62,586 nucleotides of DNA, filler included, from Choristocarpus tenellus KU-1152 (GCA_964200185.2; 13 parts of 13 records of this genome joined end to end with filler, not necessarily neighbours in it), one strand, 5' to 3'. Shown: positions 38,701 to 51,473, numbered from the whole stretch's first letter. Notes: generated from the sequence alone by a model not told the origin. Made by a program: numbers and translations.

Positions 38701-39615
38701 CAATAGCAATTTACTTGTCTACTACAAGAGCAGGAGATGTCGTTTCGCTGCATCGCAGTTTCACGACGTTGTCTGGAGGCCTTCCAAACATAATTCCAGC
38801 TCAAACGGAATGGGAGGAAGGAGATTAATGAACCCTTTTGAATTTGGGTCAGAGTTCATTTGACTCTTCACCTATTGAAAGCCCACGAAATACGTTGAAT
38901 TGAAGCGGACTGCCTGTTCTACTTCCTAGCGTGAACTGAAAATCACACGGGTACTGGGTGAACGCAGTTAATATATTTGGCCGAGCACAGTGGATCACCA
39001 CAAGTTCAAGATTGAATGGACCACTGAAGAATTTGACAATGGTAGAAGCATTCCCTGCCACATAGGGAAGACATACGGGATATCATTGCTACTATGCACG
39101 TTTTGGATAAAGTATACGTTACATAAATCATCTGGACGGTATGTTTTAGTTGCGTTCGATCAGGAGTGTCAACTCCTAGGACACAAGAATTTAGCATATA
39201 TATATTTTTAGTTGTCTGCATCCCCCTAGCTGAAACCCTTCGCTGAAATTTTATTGCTATAGTGCAATTTGTCATCCTCTCTGAGGCTTAATATTCTCCC
39301 TCCTGACAGTTGACTTGGATGGTGCGGAAGAACACACTTTTACAATTGTAACAGTAAAGGATTCACCTCCTTCCCCCCCCNNNNNNNNNNNNNNNNNNNN
39401 NNNNNNNNNNNNNNNNNNNNNNNNTTAATTAATTAANNNNNNNNNNNNNNNNNNNNNNNNNNNNNNNNNNNNNNNNNNNNGTGGGGGTGGTGGGGGGTGA
39501 GGAGAAGGGGTGGGGGGGAAGGGGGGGGGGGGGAGAGGGGGAACAGAGAGAAAGACAGAGACCAAACACAAGTTGAAAGATCAATAGAAAAGCCATCCAC
39601 ACCACACCACCTCAC

Positions 39616-41495
39616 CCTATCATCACCATCACCCTCAGGACTCCTTTCCTCTCCCACATCTGTCCCTTCCACTGCCGCCCAATCCATAGTTGTAAAACAC
39701 AGGTTATACTCCTGTATAATAGAAGGATACAGGCTGTTGAAATCCAACAACAGAATATACTCGTCATACAGCCCCTTCTTGGGCTCTAACACTAGACCCC
39801 CTGCGTATGCAGCTTTCTTCCGGCGGGCTCCCCCTCCCCCTCCCCCTCCCCCTCGCCCTCCCCCTGAGGCAGTTTTATCCTCAGCTGTAATCAAGTGCAA
39901 ACCCCACCATGGAAAAGGTAGGAAGGGCAAAGTCAGAAGCAGAAGGGATGGAGACAAAAGATGAGGGTATGAAAGAGGGACTTGAGAGGTAACCGGTGTG
40001 TGGAGGGGGGAGGCAGGGGGGGTGAGGGGTAAACATGACGCGGGGGGTGAGGGGACCATGGGTTCAAAGTGGGTTCAAAGTGGGTTCAAAGTGGGTTCAA
40101 AGTGCAGGTTGAGTATAGGAGACATGGGGGAGTTTTGAGGGAGAAGACTCTGCCCAGGACGTCTTTGTTTCCCTTGTCGATGCTAATGTATAGGGTTAGG
40201 GATATAGGAGTATAGGAGTATAGGTGGAAAAAATGACAGGAGGAAAATCACATGGAGTATAGGAGTGTAACAATGTAAAACAGTAAAGTGATGTAGTGAT
40301 TGAAAGGATATTTTCCGCCAATTGTGTGTGTGTGTTTTTTTAAAGATTAATCCTCAGACCATCTAGAGAGAAGACAAAAAATGTACCATTATGATAGTAC
40401 CATTATGATTGTACCATTATTATTGTTACACTGGAGCAGCCTTCCAAACTTGCTACCATTACCACTAATACTAATACTAATAACCATACACCAGCCATTA
40501 CCATTAATATAAATACTAATACTAATATTAATACTAATAACCATACACAGCAACCACTACAGGAACAAAACACATTACCCCACTGTGCCTCAAGAGAGCG
40601 AACCAGCAATCCCTCCCCCCCCCCTCCCCCCCTCTCCCCTTAGACAAAACGGAAACATCCCAATTTTTTAATGACCTTGAGCACAGAGACTGTGCTAACC
40701 TCAACAACAATACAAGAGTCACCCCTCAAAACTCTCTCACCTAATATAAACACGAACATAAACACCAGGCTACAATATAAAAACAACAGCACAATGAAAC
40801 ACTCCTCTTTTCTCCTCACCATCAACATCCCCCCCTTCCCCACCACCTCCTCCTCTCTCTCTGCCTGTTCCGCTACCCTTCTTTGCTCCAGCCCCAGAAT
40901 TCATCCCGCCATTACCATAGGTGAGCTTCTCTGGCGTTAGGTACTTGAGGTTGTGGAACTCATGAAGTAGGAGATATTCAATTCTTTCAGCACGTCCCCC
41001 CCGCATGGTGCGTGACCATAGATTACCACTCAGACCAGTAAGTTGACAGCTCAGGGGTATTACCTGCAGCTTGAACATGAGCCTGATAAACATTTCGTTT
41101 TTATTATCAACCGTCCATCCCCCCACCCCCCCAATGATATGCACCAGTCGGTAAGAGCAGACCCCGTGGGGGGCGGGGGGGGGGGGAAGGAAGCAGGGAT
41201 AGGGAGACGATTCAGTAACAAGATGTAAAATAAAAAAAGTAACTCAAGATCTCTGCATGCACAAGACACAAGACCAAACACACAATATCTGAAACAAACA
41301 CATGCTCTACCCCCATAGTACCCATAGAACCCATAGTGAAACTACACAATGCAATGGTAACCATGACCCACCTCTGTACCAGGCTTGCATCGAAGGCAGT
41401 GTGTTGTGCCAATCGAATGATGTCCTTAGCTGTGCCAAAGAAACTCAAAACATCACCTGGGTCCACATTCCCCCGCTGTGCCTTGAGCTGGGACC
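39616..41495 (-). CDS. POLA1: DNA polymerase alpha catalytic subunit, three internal exons (gene runs off both contig ends)
   Basis: Exons 41372-41495, 40820-41082, 39616-39884, phase compatible; [26 protein letters not shown]...[11 protein letters not shown] and [20 protein letters not shown]...[21 protein letters not shown] (family-B region II with pol alpha-type flanks). Confidence 0.93.
40060..40104. repeat. 11-bp tandem repeat (GGGTTCAAAGT) x4, intronic
   Basis: Direct reading. Confidence 0.9.
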
Positions 41496-41740
41496 CTGCT
41501 AGGTGTGTGAGGCTACAGAACAGGAAGGCAGGATTGTTAGATTGTTAGAAATGAATGTGAGGGGCACTGCGCTCATTGGTAAGGCTAGGTTGGTGATTTG
41601 TCCAAGGGGGTTGAAGAGACTTTAATCTTGGTGAGGTTGGAAGTAAGTCTTGCAATTGTAGGGGATGGGGTGGGCAGAAGGGAAGGGGGGCAAGACCTTC
41701 AAACAGGGTTCCACCACTACTACCAGGAGTAAAAGAGGTT

Positions 41741-41918
41741 ACTATTAAATAATTGAATACTATTAAATAATTGAATACGATTAAATAATTGAATACTATT
41801 AAATAAATGAATACGATTAAATAATTGAATACGATTAAATAATTGAATACGATTAAATAATTGAATACAATTAAATAATTGAATACTATTAAATAATTGA
41901 ATACGATTAAATAATTGA
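41741..41918. repeat. 18-bp AT-rich minisatellite (ATTAAATAATTGAATACT/G), about 10 copies
   Basis: Direct reading; produces the spurious (VFNYLI)n ORF. Confidence 0.95.
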
Positions 41919-42215
41919 AAGCGGTCGAGAAAACGCAATGACTGAGGAGGATGGAGTGCACAGAAACTTGTTTGGGTCACACGTGATCACTACTATCAAC
42001 ACTGAGGAGTGGGGGGAGGGGNNNNNNNNNNNNNNNNNNNNNNNNNNNNNNNNNNNNNNNNNNNNTTAATTAATTAANNNNNNNNNNNNNNNNNNNNNNN
42101 NNNNNNNNNNNNNNNNNNNNNATGCAGCACCCCAAAAAATCATAAATATTTCCTTTTCTATGAGAAAGATTCTCCTTCAACTAATCACTAGTAAAATGTT
42201 CTGATAACTCAACCA

Positions 42216-43160
42216 CTAACTTATTGTTCCGTTACTCTGTAACTGTCCGCGTAACTGTCCGATAGAGTTGGAAGAGTCTAATCGAACAGAGTGCACTGCA
42301 GCCACCAGGTCTTTTGTTTGATCTGAATATTGTACCAAGTCTCTGGACAATAGGAAGGCATTTATGCCCACATGTTCCTTCATCGAACTCAGGAAGAACT
42401 CGTAGTTGGCAGAATTATTCTGCAACAAACACTGCAAGCGCTATGAAATACTGAAGCTTCCAAGGCCAGCATCTGTGACGGTAGACTTTTGTGAGGGAAA
42501 ACAGTTGGCAGAGTTCGATGAGCCACAACAAAGATCATTTTCAGGCTCATGCGAGAAAGTTAAACGTCAAATGCATATAGTATTCTATCGGCACTCATCA
42601 TCAACAATGGGCAACATTACCGATAAACTATTGGAATGGTGTACCTTCATTGGGGAGAGACATGCCACATTTGCCTGTGCATCTGTCGTGGTGACAAAAC
42701 ACGCTTGAACGTTTGGGCCGGGTTCAAATGGAAACGAACAACGCAGAGGTTCAAATCCCCATTTCCCATTTGCTGAAAAGGAATTCAGCATGGTTGGCAA
42801 GGCTCGGTTAGTGTGCAATGCAAGGATGTCATCATCGACATCTACATACGCACACACAAGTATCGTTCTTGTTTTCCAGGTGCTGGTGGTTTTACTGTCG
42901 AACATTCAGGCTTACCTCCACCTTTCCAGAACTTCCAGAGCTGTCTCCAACAATCGCTTTCTTGAACGTGTGCATTTTCTTCCTTAGTTCGTCATTATGT
43001 ACCCAAAGCAACCTCTGTGCCCAGAGGAATAAGTGGACCACGCAATGGAAGGATGAAGGAAGAACGTGAAACAGTGTTTCTACTGTTTTCCTGCTGTTGA
43101 GATGGCACAACACACACAAATTCGTTATCATCGTAGACAAACGACATGCATGCGATACAA
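42216..43160 (-). pseudogene. Mutator-like (MULE) transposase relic
   Basis: NSANYEFFLSSMKEH...VQYSDQTKDLVAAV resembles the MULE core (E...W.WFL...SDR.KGL..AV); frameshifted. Confidence 0.5.
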
Positions 43161-45938
43161 TGAACAGAAGGAGCTAACCCACGTTTCTGTAACCTTTTGT
43201 TTTACACAGTTTAACTGGCGTTGGCGGCCTTAACGCCGTGCAACTCTGCATGACCTTGCCAATTTGTCCTGTTATGTGTGAGTCTAAGGGAAACTTTTTG
43301 AAGTCATCTGAGTTTGTGTGCGGAAGAATTCTGGTACGAGTGTGGGTCAAGAAAGGGAGGGGAAAGGAAAGAAATAAAAGTAGCAAGAGGCGAACGAAGA
43401 GTTAAGTACTGAGTGGTTAAGGGAGGTAGGAGAGAAGTTTAAGAATAGGTGGTGGGTGGAGGTACAAGGTAAGAAGGAATGTCCTGTATATAATAGAAAA
43501 CCAAGGGCTAGTGATACAGGACGAGAAGGGCTAGTACAAGACGACCCCCGAGCAAGCTTTGCCAAAGCTCTGCACGCTTAGAAAAAGACAACCTCTAAGC
43601 AAACTTGCCCACCGAGTTTAGCATGGTAGGAGGAGAGAGAGTGATCGAAGAAAACAATGCAATGTGGGAAGGACTCATCAGAAGGACAGACAAGGAAAAG
43701 GGTGAGGCAAAAAGAAAGACATATGAAGGTTGGATCGAACAAAAAGAGTCAAAGGAAGAAGAAGAAAATAGGGAAGAGCTAGCAGCACAAAGAATCCTTG
43801 AGGAGATTGAGCAAGCCAAGAGATAGTTGGGGATCATCATCGAGGATGAGGATGAGAAGAAAGGAGATGAGGATGGGGAGGATGAGGGAAAGAGCAGAAG
43901 AGAAAGTGAGTCCAGGAATTCCAGGCACTACTGAAAGACGTAGTCAAACTAACGGAAAGGATGGATAGCATGATGGAAATTTTTGAAAGGGCTACATCAG
44001 ACAAGTACAAAAGGACGATTTGACAGGCACATAGGGATGGGAAGGGAGGGGAGAACAACGAATGGGATCGATGAACTGGTCGACCATGGCAGAGAAGATG
44101 AAAGAAAAATCACCGATCCTAGTCTAGAAGAAGGTCAATGTGAGAAAATATTTCGTCCTCCTAGGGCACATCCTCCTTTTTAGAGTTGACAGGAGGCTGG
44201 AGTGTGGCAATCATAGGAGTGTAATTAGCCACAGCAAAGCACTATTAGAAAAGGTAGTGGGGGATGTGATTCAGGGTAGTCCACTAGTGTTTCCAAAAAG
44301 TGCATGGGCAAAGATTCCGGGTTTGCAGGTGTCCCCAGTCGGAGTGATTCTAGAACCAGCAAGAGCTAGGATCATTAATGATTTGTCATGTCTGTAAGAG
44401 AGTTGAGGCCCAAGTGAGAATGAACAAACAGATCTGAAAGATGACCCCCCTGTGCATTGTGGGACGGTATTGGGGGACGTGATCGAGAGGATTATAGGGT
44501 TAAGGAAGAAGTTTCCCAGGGCGAGAATTATGTTAAGTAAGATGGATGTCAAGGATGCTTTTCGTCAAGTCCCAGCAGAACCAAGGGGGGCAGTGAGTTT
44601 GGGTACAACATTGAAGACTTGACAGTGATTGATTTTAGGCTCCAATTTGGTTGGAAGAATAGCCCAGGATGGTGGGACCTCATGGTAAGTGCACTAGAAT
44701 TTTCCCATTGACACACAGAAACCCTATCGGCAGTCGTACTCAAGGAAGCCGAAGAAATGACTACAGGGGTAAGCCTTTCGCAGCAGAGGGGTAGGATAGA
44801 GGTTGGTGAGTTGGATGAGACGTGGAAATTTCCTGAAGTGGTAAGGGGAGGGGTAGAGGACCCTTTTTTCCCAATAATATATGCAGATGACAGTATCCTA
44901 GTGTTGGTGCAATGATATTGAAGTTGGCAACAAACTCTTTAGTGTCAGACCACATACGATTGTTAGGGCAGAGAAAGGCAGAACCCCCCGTTTTGTCAGG
45001 TAAAACGTTGACGGGATGGCATACCACACAGGCTATAGTGGGATGGAGGATAGACACTGAGACAATAATAATTGCTTTACCATACGGAAAGTTGAGGGGG
45101 CTGAAGATATTGCTAAAAGAGTGGCCAAAATCGAGGTCTGTAGTCAGAGTGCAAGACGTGTGGGTATTGCTAGGAAAAAGGTTTACATGTCGTATGTTAT
45201 ATGCCCAGGAAGATTTTTTCTTTGGCGACTGGTGTATCTGTCGGGTTTATACGAGAAGGGGGGTTGGTTGAGAAGGATAGTTCATGGGGGTGGTCAAGAT
45301 AGGTAGGGAGTTTAAAGAAGCCTTGTATTGGTGGAGGTTGGTGGTAGAACGAGGCTTGGCAGAGAAAGGGGAAAATTTGAGTTCCCCCTTCATGGGATTT
45401 GTGATAAGACCACCAGTGACGGCATGGTATTCAGATGTGTGCTTGCAGCAGTAGGAGGGTACAATGTGGAGACGGGTAAGTGGTGGAGGTATGATTTCCT
45501 ACAGTGTGTGAAGAAGGATATCACAGTGAATATGACAAAGGAGAGGGAGCGAGTATATCAATCAATGTACTAGAGATGTTGGGGATGATAGTGAATACGT
45601 GGTTATTGGTAGTAAAGATAGGGGGAAAAGGCAAAGAATCAGGGGGACCCAGTACTGTAAAGAGGGGACAACAATTCTGTAGTGCAGTGGTTTCGTAGGT
45701 GTAGGGGGGCAAAGGAGAAGAGGGACCCAAAGTATATGGGGGGGGAGGGGGTCTACACCAGAGTGTCCATTTGGACCAAAACCAGGAAAAGTACACTTTC
45801 ATTATCCAACGTATCGAACCAAATCACCCAAATATCGCGACATGAAAAAATTGGCCCCAAATGGACAGCTGCCGCCCCCCCCAGATACTTTGAGCCAGGG
45901 CGGGTGGATTGATGAGGATAATGGGGGTGTTAGAGATA
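43160..45938 (+). mobile_element. DIRS/Ngaro-like retrotransposon remnant: reverse transcriptase plus RNase H
   Basis: SPVGVILEPARARIINDLS, SKMDVKDAFRQVP, IDFRLQFGWKNSPGWW, YADD (about 44880), GWRIDTE, SINVLEMLG, RGDN, CRGAKEKR/AGGLMRIMGVLE in the expected order; stops and frameshifts; no tyrosine recombinase seen. Confidence 0.82.
45724..45896 (+). mobile_element. MITE family B inserted in the DIRS RNase H, TSD AGG
   Basis: Removing the element and one AGG restores the frame RCRGAKEKRAGGLMRIMGVLEI. Confidence 0.9.
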
Positions 45939-46231
45939 TGTTACAATGCACTCACCTCCACAGGATGTATAGCTCTAGTCTACTGCCCTATAGATGATAC
46001 TGATGCACGCATAGGACTTCTGATGCACAAGTCGTCAAGTATGCTGGATGTCTCACTTGGATTATCATCAATATTATCGTATAAAAAGGAACTGGTCAAT
46101 GATGTCTTATCACAATCGGGGACCATAATGACCAAATATAAATAATAGTCACGTACAGATATATCAAATCTAGGACTTGAAGGTCATAATGGTGTTTATG
46201 AAACCGCCATCAAGACATATCGCCTGTAACA
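45939..46231. mobile_element. Solo LTR (293 bp, TGTTACA...TGTAACA), no TSD
   Basis: 7-bp inverted TG..CA termini; last 40 nt match positions 1-40. Confidence 0.7.
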
Positions 46232-46379
46232 TCTACACCAGGGTGTCCATTTGGGCCAAAATCAGGAAAATTGCATTTACATTATCCATCTGACGTATGC
46301 AAACAAATCACCCAAAAATCGCGACATGAAAAATTGACCTCAAATGGACAGCGACTATCCCCCCCAGATACTTTGAGCC
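46232..46379 (+). mobile_element. MITE family B, 5'-truncated at the LTR
   Basis: Matches the 45724-45896 copy from TCTACACCAG to CAGATACTTTGAGCC. Confidence 0.85.
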
Positions 46380-46629
46380 TTTGTTTGTGTTCTCCTGTGT
46401 TGCAATTCCCCGCTTTCAGGTACAGGAGTGACCAGCAGTTCGATCACCGCTGTAAACTTTCCCAGAAGGGTGGAAGGTGGCTAAGGGAACACAAGATGCG
46501 CTTTGTCTGTGATCCATAGGTACTCCTGTCAAAAAGGCGTGACACAAGGAGAGAGGAGAGAGACTGGATGTTCGGGCTGAGTGTCTTGTGAAGGAGACAA
46601 AAGAAGGGCTGAACAAGTCAGATATTTCC

Positions 46630-46888
46630 GAGTGAAAGTATCTTAGAGAGTACAATTTTTGCCCTGTTTGTCCATTTGGGACTTGGCTTCCTAGGTTTTT
46701 TTTTTTTTCATTTTCCCACTATGAAATGTTTCGGAGTAGATCAAATGTGTACGTTATGAAAAGGTGTGTCTGGAGCAAGGATATCGACACTTCCTAACAA
46801 ACATGATAGCCAAAATTACATCAAAATCGCAATATCGGATTTTGGCCCCCAAATGGATGCGGCTCTATCCTCTAAGATACATTGACTC
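46630..46888 (-). mobile_element. MITE family A, 3-bp TSD TCC
   Basis: Full copy, TCC both flanks. Confidence 0.9.
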
Positions 46889-47921
46889 TCCAGTCTTTGG
46901 GACCAGTGAACAAGAGCAAACTGGAGATGGCATAAGGGGGGGGGAGATTGTTACAAACGGATGAATGGGTCACAACACCCAACTGGATTTCGGTACAAAA
47001 GGTGAGAGTCTTTCTACGACAGTAGCCCATTTCTATGTTATTGTTAGTTTGTATTACATGTTTTTTTTTGCTCATAGTTCCGAAGGGGGAGCTTACTTCT
47101 ATGCGATTATTTGACATTATTTTGTGTCTTTATTTTTCATGTTTACAGTTCCGAAAGGCGGAGACTCTCTATATGACAGGACCATATTTCTATGTGACTA
47201 TGAGACATGTTATTTTTGTGCCTGGGTCAAAATATCTGGGGGGGGGGGGTGGTTTGTTGGGGGGCATCCGGTTTGGGCAAAAAAGTCTTTTTNNNNNNNN
47301 NNNNNNNNNNNNNNNNNNNNNNNNNNNNNNNNNNNNTTAATTAATTAANNNNNNNNNNNNNNNNNNNNNNNNNNNNNNNNNNNNNNNNNNNNCCCCCCCT
47401 CCCAGATACTTTGGGTCTATGTTGTTTATTGCAAGGGCAATGGTTGTGTATGATCTGAACAGTTGGTTTAATATAATGGGACGTAGGATTCCCCAGGAAT
47501 CCAAAAATCGTTTCAAGATAATTGCAATGTATCCCAGAGAGATGCTTCTACCCATAATGTCTGCATTAGTAATAGCATACTGCTCTGAATGACCCCTGTT
47601 GGTGTATATTTGTACCAATACATGGGGTTATTTGGGTTGGGGTTAAATCTCTCTCTACATGTATATATATATCTTGGCTGAAGAACCTGAATTTGATACA
47701 GGATATATTTATTATTTAGCAAGAGTGGATAATCTTCACTGTTTTGTATGTTTTGTTCTATATTTTAAAGTGTGTACATCCTTACAGTTTATGTATGAAT
47801 GTTGTTCCCACTCAGTGTTGACTTTTCTTTTTGAAATTGACAACCTTTTTGATTCTCCCAACATATCTAGTTCAAACATAACTTACATGCAACAAACAAC
47901 ATACATGCATGTCATGCATAG

Positions 47922-48400
47922 GTCTTGGAGGATAAGGCTGGATCTGTTCTTGTGAGTGGACTGACTGAGGTTCCTGTTCATGGCTGGGAGGCTTCGTTGG
48001 ACATTCTGAGTCAGGGGGTGTTGAACCGTACAACTGCCTCCACTCTTATGAACACTGTCAGCAGCAGATCGCATGCAGTGTTTACAATCACCCTAGTGCA
48101 GACCTTGAGGGAGGAACCTGAGGGTGGGGGTGGAAACAGTTGCAGTGGAGGTGGAGGAGGGGTTGGGGGGGGAGACAGTTCTCAGGTATGCAGCGTTGGT
48201 TGATGTTTTATTATTTTTGTTGAATAATTATTTTTACGTAGAAGCGTGTGTATTTTTTTATTTTTTTATGTAGTGATATATTTTTTGGGGCATTGTGTGA
48301 AAGAGTGTCACAATGTATGCACTTGTGGGATATGATTGTATAGTTGGTGTGTGATAAGGTGCTCTTCTCCTGCGATATACCAAGCCCTTCTCAATCTCAC

Positions 48401-48440
<40 letters not shown>

Positions 48441-50393
48441 TTGTTTAGTTTTTCAATTTGAATTTATGACAGATTATGTCGAATTGTATCAAGTTTTTAT
48501 ACTTGAACCATTATTTTGTTCTGAAAAAGTTTTTTTTTATCTCTAGCAGGGTACTAGGTATATAATTCCCTCCCTTGACACACACCTGCAAAGTTTCAGA
48601 GGGCATAAGAATTGTCAGGGTCAGAGGAATGGTGTAACTGTGAAGGAATTGATGATAATGTGGAGTATATGATGGATAATCCCTTGGATAGGTATGTTAT
48701 CTATGTTGATGGGATACGTTGTAATGTTTTATTGTTTTGTAACACCTGGTTGGCTTGAATCTCCGAAATAGCCTCAAAATCATTGTCCGAAAGACCTTTA
48801 TTGTCTATAATTAGTATATTATTAGTATATTATTAGTATATTATCAGTATATTATCAGTATATGTATAGTATATTATCAGTATATGTATACTATATGATC
48901 TGTAGGTTGTTTCTATAATTTAAAGGTCAATCTTTTTACATGGACTGGCCAAACGAATTGGTTGGGGTTTAAGTGAGTCTAAGTGGGTGAGACTGGACCA
49001 GGATTAGACCTGTTTGACCTGTGGACTGGTGAAAGATAACATGTACTGGGCATGGTCTGGGCATGCCAGAAAAAGTTAAGACTACCCATGGGACATGGTT
49101 CGACATGTGAGAAAATGTTAGAAAATGTTAGACAATGTTAGACAAGGTTAGACCTGGTCTGGCTGGCAGACATGGACTGGTACAATACCTAGTGGACATT
49201 GTCTGGATATTTTGAGAATATTAGGCCCGGTTTGGTTGGCAGACATGGACAGGTGCAATACCACAGTGGACTTGGTCTGGATGTGTTCGACAATGTCAGA
49301 CCTGGTCCAGGTGCCTACCTAATGCTTTTGTATTGTTATTTGTGCTTCATATGTAAGTCAACAGTTGTGTCAGATAAGTTTCATTGCAGTACCAAACCCC
49401 ATACATAATCCAGATGTACTACCTCAGTAGTAGAGTGTTTTCACAAAATGAATTCACTATTGTATAAAGTTTTATCTATTGCCCCATGTCCTGCTGGTAG
49501 TGTGTTTCATTACCAAATAAAATGTGATGAAATTTCTCGAAATTAACCAGTACAATATGTAGTTGGTTTGGACCAGGATGTGTCTGACTATTGTGGGATC
49601 AGTCTGGCTGGTGAATGGGAACAATTTATTTGGAACAATTTATTTGGAACAATTTATTTGCTTGCTTGGTGAAAAATTCTGATTTGTTTTGTTTTGGTTT
49701 TTGAAGTGTTCATTATGGTATCCTGCACAAGAGAGTGGATTCATAGTGACAATGTTATTGACATGGGAGGGGGGGGGTGTTGTTTTGTTCCGGGTGGGGG
49801 GGGGGAATGATGCACCCTTACATAATATATGGTTTGAATGGTGTGGTTGCTTTTGATTTGATTTGGTTTGTATGGCGATGTTATTAGTGCAGAATGTTAT
49901 TTGTGATGGAAATGGTTGGTGTGTGCAGTAAGTGTGGTCACAGGGGCTGTTCTTATGGTGAGATGTAGGGTCATGTCATGTGTATTATGTCCATGTTTTA
50001 ATGAGGATTGTATGTACTTGTAAGTGTGATTATGTGTTTTTAAGTGTATTAGTATGTTTCCAATCTTTTGATGAGTAGCATGTAATTGTATGTGTGTTTC
50101 TGCCTCTATGTATGTGTGTATATACTATATGTGTCAAGTACTCTGGTGCTTAGATTTTTTATTTATTTAATTTGCATTTGTATCTTGTACACTCTAGATA
50201 GAGATAGATATCATACATTAACTCCAGTTCAAGCTTCATTAGTTTTTGTTTTGTTTTGGGAAACCTTGGTATGTTTTTTTTTTTGAAGGTGGTTACTTCA
50301 AAGTTGACATTTGTGGACCTGGCTGGAAGCGAACGCCTCGCAAGGACTGGCGCAGAGGGACAACGGAAGAGGGAGGGCATTCAGATTAACCAG
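47922..50393 (+). CDS. Kinesin motor domain, kinesin-4 (KIF4/KIF21/KIF27)-like; two internal exons
   Basis: Exon 47922-48185 ([22 protein letters not shown], switch I) and exon 50289-50393 ([32 protein letters not shown], switch II); both phase 0 with ag/gt borders. Confidence 0.92.
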
Positions 50394-50540
50394 GTACATA
50401 CAGTTTGATAGGGTCAAAGTATCTAGGAGGGGGGTGTCGGNNNNNNNNNNNNNNNNNNNNNNNNNNNNNNNNNNNNNNNNNNNNTTAATTAATTAANNNN
50501 NNNNNNNNNNNNNNNNNNNNNNNNNNNNNNNNNNNNNNNN

Positions 50541-50740
50541 TCCGATTTTGATGTAATTTTGACTATCATGTTTTTGAGGAAGTGTCAATATCCTTGTTCC
50601 GGACACACCTTTTCATAACGTGCAAATTTTACCTACTCCTAAACATATCGAAGTAGGAAAAAGTCATAAAACACCTGTGGGAAGCCAAGTCCCAAATAGA
50701 CAAACAGGGCAAAACTCGTACCCTCTAAGATACTTTCACT
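50541..50740 (+). mobile_element. MITE family A, truncated by contig start
   Basis: Family-A body and intact right TIR. Confidence 0.9.
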
Positions 50741-50976
50741 CATGATGAAACCACACTTGAGAGGCTTGACAGCTCCTTTTTATGGTGTAGAATCAAGTAC
50801 TTACATACAAAGGGGGGGATGACTTCAGTGTGGAGCACACAGGGGTAAGTAAGGAAGAGGGAGTTGTCTGGTGAGCTTGAAAATATGCCGGCGGTAGACA
50901 TGGAGGCTTTTTCTGCGGTTGATAAGATTGTGATGTATGGGGAGTAATAATAATATAAAGAGCTGACCCTAACCAG

Positions 50977-51473
50977 AAACTCGTCAAGGATTCGAAATCT
51001 TCGTTTGAGGAATGAATTTCATGAACGTCTCCAAACGTTATGGACAACGTGGCACAGACATATGGCACGGAGGTAATATGAACAAATAAGACAGATGTAT
51101 TGCAATATAATCGAAATATGGAGTGCCATAGCAAGACTCTCCTCCTTCACAAAATTAATAATCCGATGACCAACCAATGCGACCAACCTTCGCCACTGAT
51201 TTCTTCTCACCAACTATATTCGATGACCAACCAGTGCGGCCACCAGCTTCCAGTCACCAACCCCCCCCAGATACGTTCAGCCTACAGAGGTAGGAAAGAG
51301 GTCCTAATGTATATTCGTTATACATCATATAAAGATTGAGAGGTGCGCCCAGTTAATTTATCGATGGATAGATCGATGTACAGTGTGCGCAATGCATATA
51401 GAGAGGGTGACATGTTCATCTTGTTTGCACATCCCAGTGGCACTGCAATGAGAAGGAGGAGGATGGAAACGGG
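50977..51473 (+). CDS. Putative internal exons of an unidentified gene
   Basis: Open ag..gt bounded segments 50977-51072 (NSSRIRNLRLRNEFHERLQTLWTTWHRHMAR) and about 51343-51473 (VRPVNLSMDRSMYSVRNAYREGDMFILFAHP); no family recognised. Confidence 0.3.

Noticed and set aside
41545-41980. ORFs with (VFNYLI)n and (QLFNRI)n repeats, and a possible CRISPR-like array
   Set aside because: Head-to-tail 18-bp minisatellite with no spacers, most likely in a POLA1 intron
39481-45938. Family-B polymerase next to a reverse transcriptase as a Polinton, virus or novel module
   Set aside because: The polymerase is spliced cellular pol alpha, and a linker separates the two contigs
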